A stretch of 63,875 nt of DNA, taken from NCBI RefSeq assembly GCF_039654945.1, contig NW_027361880.1, positions 1,488,126 through 1,552,000 on the forward strand, in the 5' to 3' direction. The stretch is from Dendrobates tinctorius (taxonomy: Eukaryota). Every line of letters starts with the position of its first letter. The stretch's first letter is position 1. The translations under genes were made by a program, and so were the position numbers. The notes beneath the pieces were generated by a model, which saw only the letters and a program-made list of their open reading frames with translations, was not told the origin of the DNA and ran no database searches. Below, in pieces: positions 11,682-23,547 of this stretch.

Positions 11682-13407
11682 CTAAGGAGGCAGGACCTGT
11701 TGGTACGCCTCAAGGCGCACCTCAGTGGGTTCGCCCCGGCGGGACAACCCATCGGCATTTCCATGCTCGCTGACTCTTTTGTGTTGTACGGTAAAGTCAT
11801 ACTGCTGGAGGACAAGGCTCCAGTGTAGCAACCTTCCGTTGGTTCTGGACACTGTGTACAGCCAGCTCAGAGAGTTGTGGTCGGTCACCAACGTGAAGGT
11901 GCGCCCGTACAGGTAGGGCTGCAATCGTTGTAGTTACCAGACCATGGCCAGGCATTCCTCCTCGATGGTGGAGTATGCCACTTCCCTTGGCAGAAGTTTC
12001 CGGCTCAGGTACAACATGGGGTGCTCTTGGTTCTCCGAGTCGACCTGGCTGAGCACAGCACTGAGGCCAAACTCGCTGGCGTCGGTCTATACCAACTGCT
12101 TTCAACACTGGAGAGTTGCACAGGGCTTTTTTCAAAGCTCGGAAGGCCGCCCCACAGCCATCTGTCCAGGGCCTTGCAAGGGCACTATAGTCCGGTACGA
12201 ACCACCTATAGTACCCTGCAGTGCCCAGGAAGAACATCACCTGTTTCTTGGTCCTGGGGGTGGGCCAGGACATGATTGCGTCCACTTTCTCCGGCTCTGG
12301 ACTCATGGAAACCCCGCCTACCCGGTGACCAAGGTAGTGGACCTTGCTCATGCCCATTTGGCACTTTCCTGGCTTGATAGTCAGGCCTGCCTGGGGAATA
12401 CACTTGAGCACCTCTTGGAGATGCTGAAGGTGTTCCTCCCAGCTGGAACTGAAGACGGTAATGTCATCCAGGTACGCCAAAACGTACTTCTCCAGACCCT
12501 GAAGCAGGTGGTTGACCATCTGCTGGAAAGTGGCAGGGGCATTTTTCATGCTGAAGGGCATGACCATGGACTCGTACAGTCCAAAGGGGGTGATAAAGGC
12601 CGATCTCTTTGCGCCGCAGGGCTCAGGGGAATCTGCCAGTGTCCCCGACTCAAATCCATGATGGATATGTACTTTGCGTTTGCCAACTGCACAAGCAGAT
12701 CCTCGATGGGCGGCATCGGGTGTGCATCAGAGGTTGGGATGGCATTGAGCCCCCTGTAATCTACACAGAACTGGGTGGTCCAATCCTTTTTGGGCACGAG
12801 AACTACAGGTGAGGCCTACGTGCTCTTGGACCATTGAATCACCCCCAGCTGTAACATCTCATCGATCTCTTGGCGTATAACCTGCTGCACCTCCTCAGAG
12901 ATCCGATAAGGTGTTCACCATAGTGGGGCATGATTCCCGGTGTCCACCTCGTGGACTGCTAACTCAGTCCGTCCCGGTCGGTTGGAGAACATGGCCCGGA
13001 AGAGTTCCAGTGTGGCCAACAACTGTGACCACTGGGGTACGGTTAACAAGTCGCTTACCTACATGTCCTCAATGGACCCATTGGCCTTGGCTTGGGCCAG
13101 CATGTCCAGGAGGGGGTCTTCCTCCCCATCCTCGAGCAGGTTGCAGACCGGTAGGACGCAGGTTTCACGTTCGTGATGGGCCTTCATCATGTTGACGTGA
13201 AATGTCATGTGCCTACTCCAGCTGTTGGTGGACGACGTACGGGCCTTCCCAGGCTGCCTGAAGCTTATCCTTTGGTACGGGGACCAGCACCCACACCTTT
13301 TGACCCATGTGGTAGGTCCGCTCCCGGGTGTTCTGGTAGTACCAGTACTTCTGGTCAACCTGAGCCTGCACCATGTTGTCATGCACCAACTGCATCAAGG
13401 ACTGCAT
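11682..13407 (-). pseudogene. Degenerate Ty3/Gypsy pol, Gmr1-like order: integrase C-terminus, RT, RNase H
   Basis: WEGPYVV (integrase GPY/F) at ~13240; FCVDYRGLN, YLDDI, YLGHRV (RT); FTLVTDHNSLSWL and ADGLSR (RNase H); frameshifted. Confidence 0.85.
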
Positions 13408-13423
13408 ATTTTCATGGAAATCC

Positions 13424-14254
13424 TATAAAAAATGTTGTGCATTAAAGACAAATAGAAGAAATAGTATATAAATATTTTTATAATAATTATTTAATGAATG
13501 TGCAAGATATAATAATATTATTAAAAAGCTGAAACGGAGATAATATTATTCCATGAAATTTATATATAAATAATTAAATATCCAAGTACATAGTCCCCCC
13601 AAATTTTTTTTATATAAATTACTGTATAGCACTACAATAACATAATTATCATCGATAAAATTAATATATAATAATATACACCAAAAAATATTTTTTTACC
13701 AAAATAAAAAATTAAATATGCATAAAAATAATAAATGGCACAATTAAAGGGTTATTATTGATATAAAAAATAAAGTGCTGGAGTGTATACAGTTAACAAA
13801 CCCTATATAAATGTGCAACAGTGCAAAAAACCATAATGATTTATAATAAACATTATAAAAAGTGCTGCAGTGCAATCCTATATGACACATAGAAAAATAC
13901 TAGTGCAAATACTGTTGGATTCATAACCCTATAGAAAGTGCTGCAGCACAATGCTCAGAAATTAGAAGAATGTATAAAAATAAGGAAAGTGCTACAGTGA
14001 AAAAAAGTGCTGCGGTACAATAATCAGAGGCACTATAATCAGATGCACTATGAGTGCTATAATGCTATAAGTGCTGCGATACAATAATCAGAGGCACTGT
14101 GAGTGCTATAATGCACTAAAAAGAGACAACATGATACATGCCCCCCGGAAGAAGGCTAAGCGCCGAAATGCGCATAGGGACCCGGCAGCAAATTTATGTC
14201 CAGGTAATTTATGCCCTTATACTTTTTATTACATTGCTGTATTTGTCTCTTTTT
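13424..14254 (+). mobile_element. Penelope-like 3' remnant, AT-rich, with a degenerate hammerhead motif at 14141-14180
   Basis: CCCC-CGGAAGA-A-GGC taagc GCC-GAAA-TGCGCA-TA-GGG. Confidence 0.45.
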
Positions 14255-16239
14255 AGTCCAAAAGATCATGGAAAGACTGTGTCCCCACAAGCCTAAATGG
14301 CAACATCTCCACGGCTAGCAAATTGGCAATGTGCTCGTTCAGTATTTGTGCTTGTGGGTGCGTGGCTTGGTATTTACGCCTCCTTTCATACATCTGGGGC
14401 ATGGACTATTGGATGCTTTCCTGGGACAAACAAGTGGATGAGCTTGTTGTGGCCTGTGTCTGTGCAACCGTAGTTTGTGAGCAAGAGGTATGATGATCAC
14501 CTGCTTCCTGCCCAGCAGATTGGTGAGGCCGTATTACAGGCGACATGGCAGTGGTTTGACCCGCAGTCGCAGACACTGTTTTGGTACCCTGTTGTTCAGC
14601 CCACCGACTAGGATGCTTGGCTGCCATGTGTTTCCGCATACTGGTTGTGCTTTGGTTGCCTTTGCCCTGGCCTCTGCTCAGCTTCCTATGGCAGATGCTA
14701 CAGATGACATTTGGTTCAGAAGGACTATCGTAAAAAAATTTTCAGACAGTGGCTGAACGCACCCTTGCCTTGACTTGGGGCACAGAGGGATTGCTCTTGG
14801 CAACAGTTGACACACTTCACACTCTGCTCAAACCAGTAGCCCTTGATGCCTTTGTTGGTACTACGTATCCATCTTCATCCTCTGTGCTGCTGTGCTGGCT
14901 ATGCGTGCCAACAGCCCAGATCGGATCGGTGGTCTCATCATCAACCACCTCGTCGTCCATGTCATCCTCCTTCCGTGTTGATATTGGCGACTGGACAGAT
15001 GGCAACTGTGTGTCATCACCATCAGCCTCCACCTCTTCACCCGGTATATCACGTGGATGAAAGTGGCTTTCTTCTGGGCATGAGTTTTCAAATATTTGGC
15101 CATCTTCAACAGACGCTACCCCCTCACGTTCCTCTTCAATGTCACGTGGTGAGAGGCCAGAGGCAACAAAAGAAAATGGACCAAACAGATCCTCGAAGTG
15201 ACCAAGGTTGGGGTCAAATGTTTCCTGTGACTCCTGACCGGGTGATGAACTAGGAACAGGTTGAGAATAGGATGACCCAGCGTTATCTGTATGGACAGTA
15301 GACTGTTTTGTCATGGACGATTGGGTGCTGCTAGAACATTTCGTGGAGGCCTTGTCAGCCATCCAAGACAGTATCTGCTCCTGTTCTTCTGGCTTCCATG
15401 CCCGTTTATGTTCCAGACTGGGAAATTTTGCCAGGAAACTAGATGCATCAACCTTCTTCAATCTCCCAGACTCTGTGCCTTGTTGGGCACCAACCACCCC
15501 ACTTCCACGTCCCTGTCCCTTCACAACAGCCTTTTTAGGAATTTTGGATTTTTCTGCCATAGTTGCAGATGTTCAGATGCAGATATTGGGGAACAAGGAG
15601 CATTTAGTGCTTTGTGGAAGGTAGCACTACAGCCTAGTACTGCTTTGTGTTTCACAAACAGCCCTGAGGTTTAAGGCAGGAATACGCAGCCCGGACACCA
15701 CACAAGACAGCGGTGCTGGCTGTGTGTTAGTTGTGCAGTACTATGTGTGCTATTCGCTGTGAATGCAGCACGGCAGCAGCACAAAAAACCTGCCCTGCAG
15801 GGGTAAATGTGACCTAAAAAAAGCTGGTAAAATGGTCACTACTCGGTCCCTGACCTTATACTTTCATCTCTGAAAAGAGCTTTTGGGTTTCTCAGAGGAT
15901 TTCTGGCTGATTTGAACCAAAAAACACAGCTCTCCTAGCAGCTGCTCACACTCTCCCTACACTAGCTGTGTTCTGCATGCAATGTGCAGAAAATGGCGGC
16001 GGCAGGCAGAGCTTAGTGCCAGGCTATGATTGATGACTTATAGGAAGCTGGGAGGCCAGCCAATCATAGTAATGCCGCCCACAACCAAGAAGGGTGCGGC
16101 ATTACTGTGATTGGCAACTGCTGGGTGGGAGAACCGAATAGCGAGACGACTAGTGAAATACTCGCTATGTACCGAGTACCGCGAGCACCGCATTACTCGC
16201 CGAGTACCGAATACCCACGAATATGCTCGCTCATCCCTA
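14255..16239 (-). mobile_element. Truncated hAT transposon 5' portion with BED-zinc-finger transposase remnant
   Basis: TIR TAGGGATGAGCGAG at 16239; ORF 14817-15560, then ICSICHRKLSRG...TTSMRKHMAAKHP (BED finger) and EMLPFRLV. Confidence 0.8.
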
Positions 16240-16247
16240 ATTACGAA

Positions 16248-18950
16248 GTTAGAAGGGTTAAAAATTGACCAGTGATTTGTCCTTTTTCCAACAAAATTTA
16301 CAAAATCATTTTTTTATTGACCATCTCACATTCGAAGTGACTTTTAAAGGGCTATATGTCAGAAAATACCTTAGAATTACACCCTCAAGGTGCTCAGAAA
16401 CATATTCAAGAAGTTTATTAACCCTTCAGATGCTTCACAGGAATTTTTGGAATGTGGAAAAAATAAACATTTAACCTTTTTTCACAAAAAATTACGTTAG
16501 AGCACATTTTTTTTATTTTCACATGGGAAACAGATAAAAATCAACCCCTGAAATTTGTTGTACTATTTCTCCTGAGCATGCCTATAACCCCATATGTGGG
16601 GGAAAACCACTGTTTTGGAGCACAGCAGGGCTCAGAAGGGAAGAAGCACCATTTGACTTTTTGAGTGCAAAATTTGCTGGAATAATTAGTGGACCCCATG
16701 TTCCATTTGGAGAGCCCGTGATGTGCCTAAACAGTGGAAACCCCCCACAAGTGACCCCATTTTTGAAACCACACCTGTCAAGGATTTAATCCAGGACAAT
16801 AGCAAGCATTTTGAATCCACAGGTATAACACAGAATCCCAACCCTAGCCCAACCCCAACCCTAACACACCCCTAATCCTAACACAATCCTAAACCCAATC
16901 CTAACCCTAACACACCCATAACCCTTAAACAGCCCTAACCCCAACCCCAACCCCAACCCTAACCCTAAGCTCAACTGCAAAGAATGAGAAAGAAAAATAT
17001 TTTAGCATTTTTATCTAACTAAGGTGGTGGCAAAGGAAAGTTTGATTTACTATTTTTTTATTTTGATCACTGTAATAGGTTTTATCGCAGTGATTAAAAG
17101 GAACCAATAGGAAAATTGTCCTATTGTTGCCAGGTACCAACCAGCGGATCACGGCGGTTGCACGGCACATGTGCCCTCCATTTTTTTCCCTGTAATATAA
17201 CACCGTGCCAGGGGATGGAGCAGAAGAGACCAGGGAATGGTGGAGGTAACGGGGGGTCATCATTTCTCTCGCCTCTGATATGTACAGTGTAGAAAAAAAG
17301 TATTTAGTCAGCTGCCAATTGCGCAAGTTCTCCCACATAAAAATTTGAGAGAGGCCTGTAATTGACAAGTCACCTTGTCTGATTTGGCAAGATTTATTTT
17401 GTAAATTATGATGGAAAATAAGTATTTGGTCATTAACAAAAGTTCATCTCAATATTTTGTTATATATCTTTTGTTGGCAATGACAGAGGTCAAACATTTT
17501 CTGTAAGTCTTCACAAGTTTGGCACACACTGTTGGTGGTATGTTGGCCCATTCCTCCATGCAGATCTCATCTAGAGATGTTTTGGGCCTGTCGCTGCGCA
17601 ACACGAACTTTCAAATCCCTCCAAAGGTTTTCTATGGGGTTGCGATCTGGAGACTGGCTAGGCCACTCCAGGACCTTCATATATGTCTTACGAAGCCACT
17701 CCTTCGTTGCCCTGGCAGTGTGCTTGGGATCATTATCATGCTGAAAGACCCATCCATGGTTCATCTTCAATGCCCTTGCTGATGGAAGGAGGTTTGCACT
17801 CAAAATCTCACAATATATGGCCACATTCATTCTTTCATGTACGTGGATCAGTTGTCCTGGTCCCTTTGCAGAGAAACAGCCCCAAACCATGATGTTGCCA
17901 CCCCCATGCTTCACAGTAGGTATGGTGTTCTTTGGATGCAACTCAGCATTCTGTCTCCTCCAAGCACTACGAGTTATATTTCTACCAAACAGTTCTACTT
18001 TGCTTTCATCAGACCATATGACATTCTCCCAATACTCTTCTGGATAAACCAAATGCTCTCTAGCAAACTTCAGATGAGCCAGATATGTACTGGCTTCAGC
18101 AGGGGGACACATCTGGCACTGCAGGATCTGAATCGCTGGCTGCGTAGTGTGTTACTGATGTTAGCCTTGTAGGTCATTCACTAGTTCCCCCCGTGTGGTT
18201 CTGGGATTTTTGCCCCAGATTGAGGGAGATTATCAGTGGTCTTGTATGTTTTCTATTTTCTTATTATTGCTCCCACAGTTGATTTCATCACACCAAGCTG
18301 CTTGCATATTGCAGATTCAGTCTTCCCAACTTGGTGCATGACTTACATTTTGTTTCTGGTGTACTTCAACAGCTCTTTGGTCTTCACTATAGTGGAGTTT
18401 GGAGTGTGACTGTTTGAGGTTGTGGACAGGTGTCTTTTATACTGATAACAAGTTCAAACAGGTGCTATTACTACAGGTAATGAGTGGGGGACAGAGGCGT
18501 CTCTTAAAGAAGATGTTACAGGTCTGTGAGAGCCAAAAATCTTGCTTGTTTTTAAATGGCCTAATACTTATTTTTCACCCTAATTTGAAAAATAAATCTT
18601 GCCAAATCAGACAAGATGATTTTCTGAATTTGTTTCCTCATTTTGACTCTCATAGCTGTGGTCTACCTATGATGTCAATTACAGGCCTCTCTCAACTTTT
18701 TAAATTGGAGAACTGGCACAATTGGTGGCTGACTAAAAACTTTTTCCCCACTGTATATCATTTCAGAAGAGAGAGAAATCATTGAAACAGCCAACACACT
18801 TTTTTTTAGACTGCGGTTATTCACTGAAATAATGAAGATCACGTGATCGGACACCGTTAAATACGGCCCTGATAACGTTCTCCGGGGTATTTTCGACTCT
18901 GGGGGATGCTACAGCCATATTCTGGAAGGTGCTACAGCCTTAAAATGGCA
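16248..18950. mobile_element. piggyBac-like non-autonomous element with internal telomere-like tract, interrupted by Tc1
   Basis: Similar to 9340-9900; degenerate ACCCTA/ACCCCA tract at 16840-16970. Confidence 0.55.
17285..18753 (-). mobile_element. Tc1 element, internally deleted and degenerate
   Basis: TIRs CAGTG...AAAAGTATTTAGTCAGC; TA TSD; transposase fragment 17567-18112 with [39 protein letters not shown]. Confidence 0.92.
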
Positions 18951-19179
18951 ATAAGGGAATAAATCTTGCTATAGCATTATTCTTCTATTAGTCCAAATTA
19001 ACAAGCATAAAAATATCAGTGCCAAAAGTTTTTTCCATACATGTATCTACGCACCAATGTGTCATTCTGCATTATGTACTGTATTTTTGTCTGAAGGATA
19101 AAGGTATTTCAAATAAAAAGAGAGATTTTTATGTGCCAGAATGGAAAACGCAGCTGTAGAGGTTAAAATAAAGGAATAG

Positions 19180-19558
19180 AAATTTTGCTGGGCATGCTCA
19201 TTTTTAAAAAACGGAATCCGTCGGCGGATCCTGTCTTTTGACGGACAGCGACGGATTCTGTGCCCATAGGCTTCCATTATAGCCAACGACGGATGGTGCT
19301 GGATCTGTCGCTGTCAGACTTTTTGATGTACAGAAAAAAAGTTCCTATGTCCATTGTCTCTGGCCGACGGACAAAGAATTTCCGACGGATCCGTCGAACA
19401 ACGGATGAAACGTGCGGCCATCTGTCGCAATCCGTCGCTAATACAAGTCTAAGAGAAAAAAAACGGATCCAGCACCATCAGTCACTGGATCTGTTTTTTT
19501 TTTTTCAAAAAACGACAGATTGTGACAGATGGCAAAAAACTGATGTGTGAAGGAGGCC
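19180..19558. mobile_element. Right part of a Harbinger-type MITE, present in copy 1 only
   Basis: Ends GATGTGTGAAGGAGGCC+TAA; CGGATCCG motifs. Confidence 0.7.
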
Positions 19559-21545
19559 TAAGAGGGATTAACATAGCCTAACATCCTAAGGATTGCAGCA
19601 GCTATTTAAAAAGTGATTTTAAGATAATGAGAGTATGTTCGAGCTCACAGTTCAACAATAGAGAGAAAAAAAGAACACCTTAAAACACCGGGCAAATATT
19701 CCAGACAATAACTTGAATAACTTCAGCAGTGAAAAACATGAGAGAAGTAGTCTGTGAATAATACAGAGATTCAATTTATAATGTGATTGATCAGTGCTAT
19801 GGTGCAGCTAGCGCCTGTCCCACTGAATTTGAATTACAGTTGCACATTTTGTATCATTCTTAATGCAACAAGAAAACAAAATGTAAGACAGCACTATAGT
19901 ATTTACAGGAAAAAAATTGAAATCAGTGTTTGATTGTGTTTGCTTGTCACAAGTGATTCTAGTCACTTTTTGTATTTATTGTGCAATTATTTTTGTCAAG
20001 AAGGGAAATATTATTTTTTGAGAATACAAAATAAAGCAACCCTAATTCCAAAAATTTAATTGTCCAGTTAAAAGTGTGAGTGTTGCAAATCATATTTTTT
20101 CACATTTCTGTTTTCCTGCCCAAATTTTACATGCATAAACAACACAATAATAAAGTGCACTGCACTGGGACACTTGTCACATTTTGTGTTCTGTAATTGT
20201 ACCTATGAAGCGTTTCTCATTATGTCCTTTTTGGTAAGGGCTGAATAATTGGGGTTGTAAAGATTGTCAAAAGTAAATTATAGTGTTGTACAATATGTAC
20301 AGTTAAACAGTAGCATGATCAATAGATGGCAATGTAAAAGGATAAAAAAAATACAATGGCTAACAATCTGGGAGCAACTAACAGCCACAGAGGCACTGCC
20401 ACGACCACTGGCACCAGCCACATCAATGGTATTACAAAACACAGACCACAGATAGCGTAATTTGACCACCAAAAGCATATCAAAGTAGAAGAAGTAGACA
20501 GATCATGGTATATATGGCATATCACACATTTCAGTCACAGCAGGATGTTACCTCTGATAGCGACACCATCTGTTTGAGTTACTGTTGTACACAGTAAATT
20601 CTGTTCCATTACAAATGACTAAGAAAAATATTTTTGGACCATATTTTTATTTTGAAAAAAATCTGCCAGTATGTTATGTATTTAAATAGGTTGCTGTTTA
20701 CTATCAAGTTACCTGTCTTATTTCTATGGTGAGTTCATTTTGATACCATTAAGGCTATGATTACATTAAAGAGATTGAAATGGGTTGAATACAGTTTCAG
20801 AATACCTCAGATTGTTACACACATTTTTTCAGAGTAATTGGAGTAGCTGCGATTTGTCGCAAATTGTTTCAACACAAATTACATTTTTGGGGAAAAATTG
20901 GCTAATTTGGCAAATTTGAATTTCAAAAGATTTGATAATTTCTAGTGGTTACACCAAACATTGATTTGATTTAAATACCTCTATTGTTCCTCCACTTTGC
21001 AGTTTTTAATTGATAAAAAAATCTAACACTTCTAAATTTGAAAGTATTCTTACTTTGCAGTATTTTTCCACAGTGCTGTATGTGAATATTGTGGTTAATG
21101 TAGGATAAGTGTAGAATTTTACAATCCCTTTTTATTAATATGGGATGATTTGTAGCCACATAAAAATATGCATTAAGTCCTCTTTTATGTTTTGCCGTAT
21201 AACCCTATATTAACATAGCTTAAACTTATAAAATTTACTTTGCAGTTTACATGGCAACAATAAGAAAAAACACAAAAATTGAGCTTAGTTTAAGTTGGTA
21301 TACTATATATGCTGCACATAAACGCATGTTCACGTTGACCATAAAGAATACCTTTTTTGTAAGTTAATAAGGCAGTAAATAAATTAGAGACTTTTCAGGT
21401 CCTTGAATAGATGATCGACAGATAGATAGATATTTAGGTCTTTTACTTTACTTTTTCTTTATTGTCATGTAATCATTAAAGAGAATCCGATATCTAAGCA
21501 ATATTTTATTTTAGACAAAATATGGCACATATTTAAACATGGTCA

Positions 21546-22481
21546 CTAGAAATGTCTTTGCATTACATACTTTTTAAAATATTTTTGGAATGCTCCTTGA
21601 ATGTCTTTATTTCTCAAACTGTATATTAGGGGGTTTAAGAGAGGTGTAAAGCTTGTGTAGAACAGAGACAAAAGCCATTCCTTATCAGTAAGCTCCTTAG
21701 ATTTGGGGCGGAAATACATTAAACCGCCACTTCCATAAAATAGCATTACCACAATAAAATGGGACCCACATGTTGACAAACCCTTCATTCTCCCACATCC
21801 TTTTGGAATGCTGAGGACTGAAATCAAAATTTGTATGTAAGATCTGAATATCATTAAGAAGCAGCCAAGCATTAGAAAGCCCCCCAATGCAAAAACAGTA
21901 GCCTCATTTGGAGTTGTATCAATACATGAAATCTTTAACAAAGGTGGAATATCACAGAAGTAATGGTTGAGAATATTGGAACCACAAAGAGGCAATCTAA
22001 AAGTGTTTGCAGTATGAATTGCTCCATAAACGCTCCCAATCACCCACGTCCCAGAAAGCATATGAAGGCAAACTTCTTTACTCATCATGACTGAATACCT
22101 CAATGGATTACATATAGCAACGTAACGATCATAAGCCATTGCTGCCAGTAAAGAAGACTCAGAGGCTGCTAATGAGAGGAAAACAAAAAGCTGGATAATA
22201 CATGCAGGTAAGGAAATAGCTAATTGTTCCATTATTAAATTGACAAGCATTTGGGGTACTGTTGTAGCGGTGTAGCAGATGTCTAAAAATGCCAAATTTC
22301 TAAGCAAGAAGTACATTGGTGCCTGAAGACGATGATCCATTTTTGTGAGGACAATTATAAGAATATTACCTATTACTGTGACAAGGTATATCATCAAGAA
22401 CAAAGCAAAGTACAAGTTCTTGAATTTCATGCCGGCAAAGGCGTAGAGGTAGAAGACTTTTATATCTGTGCCATTCCTCAT
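21546..22481 (-). CDS. Olfactory receptor OR2 (class II, OR10-like), 311 aa
   Basis: PMYFLLRNL, MAYDRYVAICNPLRY, STCGSHF, PLLNPLIYSLRN; intact ORF. Confidence 0.96.
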   Translation of the reverse strand: MRNGTDIKVFYLYAFAGMKFKNLYFALFLMIYLVTVIGNILIIVLTKMDHRLQAPMYFLLRNLAFLDICYTATTVPQMLVNLIMEQLAISLPACIIQLFVFLSLAASESSLLAAMAYDRYVAICNPLRYSVMMSKEVCLHMLSGTWVIGSVYGAIHTANTFRLPLCGSNILNHYFCDIPPLLKISCIDTTPNEATVFALGGFLMLGCFLMIFRSYIQILISVLSIPKGCGRMKGLSTCGSHFIVVMLFYGSGGLMYFRPKSKELTDKEWLLSLFYTSFTPLLNPLIYSLRNKDIQGAFQKYFKKYVMQRHF

Positions 22482-22738
22482 AATTGTAGTATCTCAGGCA
22501 AATTAATGATTTGTTAAAGACATTTTATGGTGTGTATCCATCAGTCCCCTAGATTTAAGTAATTGGAACTGACTTCACATTAAACATGTTCAAGTAATAA
22601 ATAAAATCTATCTTGCATGTTCTCCATTCCTAAGAGTGCTTTAAATTGAACCTATTGCTCAAACCATATTTTAAGATCCCAAAATGAATGTGATTACATT
22701 CAAGTACTAGAATGTAAAGCGATAGGACTGATGCCTCT

Positions 22739-22825
22739 ACTTATACAGTATGTGCTGTACCCCTGACAATCGAATTCTCCAAATCTAGTCCTTTTCCCAA
22801 GAGATTTGACAACATACCTTCTACG
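22739..22825 (-). promoter_or_regulatory. Putative OR2 proximal promoter
   Basis: TATAAG on the minus strand at ~22740; O/E-like TCCCAAGAGA at 22795-22804. Confidence 0.4.
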
Positions 22826-23218
22826 ACTAATGTACAGTATTATGGATAGAAATAGAAAGTGTTATTGAAATTATTTTATCTTTCTGTTAAAACTAAAATA
22901 CAGAAAGAGCTAGAAAATGTTATGACTCTACCCTAGGAGGAATTCAAAAGTGCAGCTACTGACTGAAGTCTTCCTATGTCTGATACTTGCTTTGGATTTC
23001 TTTAATTCTTTGTTTTTTTTTTCATAAACCTTTCAATAAATAGCATGAAAAATATTTTTTAAGTTATTCCACTTTTTTTTAATGGAAGTTAATCATGCAG
23101 TATGCTATGTGAACAGTGAAACATTAAATTATAAGGAGCTGTACAAACTGCTCAGTAAAAGAAACTGACTTTTTTTTTACCTTACAAAAACTTCTCTATT
23201 TTAACATACTGTCCTTAA

Positions 23219-23547
23219 AAGGGTTGTGTGGTTAAAACAAGTAGTCACCGCTTTGATCACTGGGATTAACACCAGAAGAATGAGGAATTTTTATCCGAAA
23301 AGAGGGCACCTTTATCCTCATTACAAAATGGAGCGGTGGGTTGAATGCCCAGAAAAAGCCAAGGGCAACACTCGTCGTCCGCGTAGAAAATGAATGGCGG
23401 GGCAGTCAACATACATACTGCCATTCCATCCTATCAAGGATATAAGTATCCATCCTTGAGGGGCCCAGCAGTCAGACCCCTGCCAATCAAAAAGTTATTT
23501 CCTAGCATTTGGAATAGGTAATAACTTGTTTTCACCAGACAACTACT
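23219..23547. mobile_element. Kolobok/T2-type MITE predating the duplication
   Basis: TTAA-AAGGGTTGT...ACAACTACT-TTAA; paralogous copy at 35422-35749. Confidence 0.6.

Noticed and set aside
14817-15560. 247-aa ORF as a host gene
   Set aside because: It lies inside a TIR-bounded hAT and leads by frameshift into a BED finger; it is a transposase N-terminus
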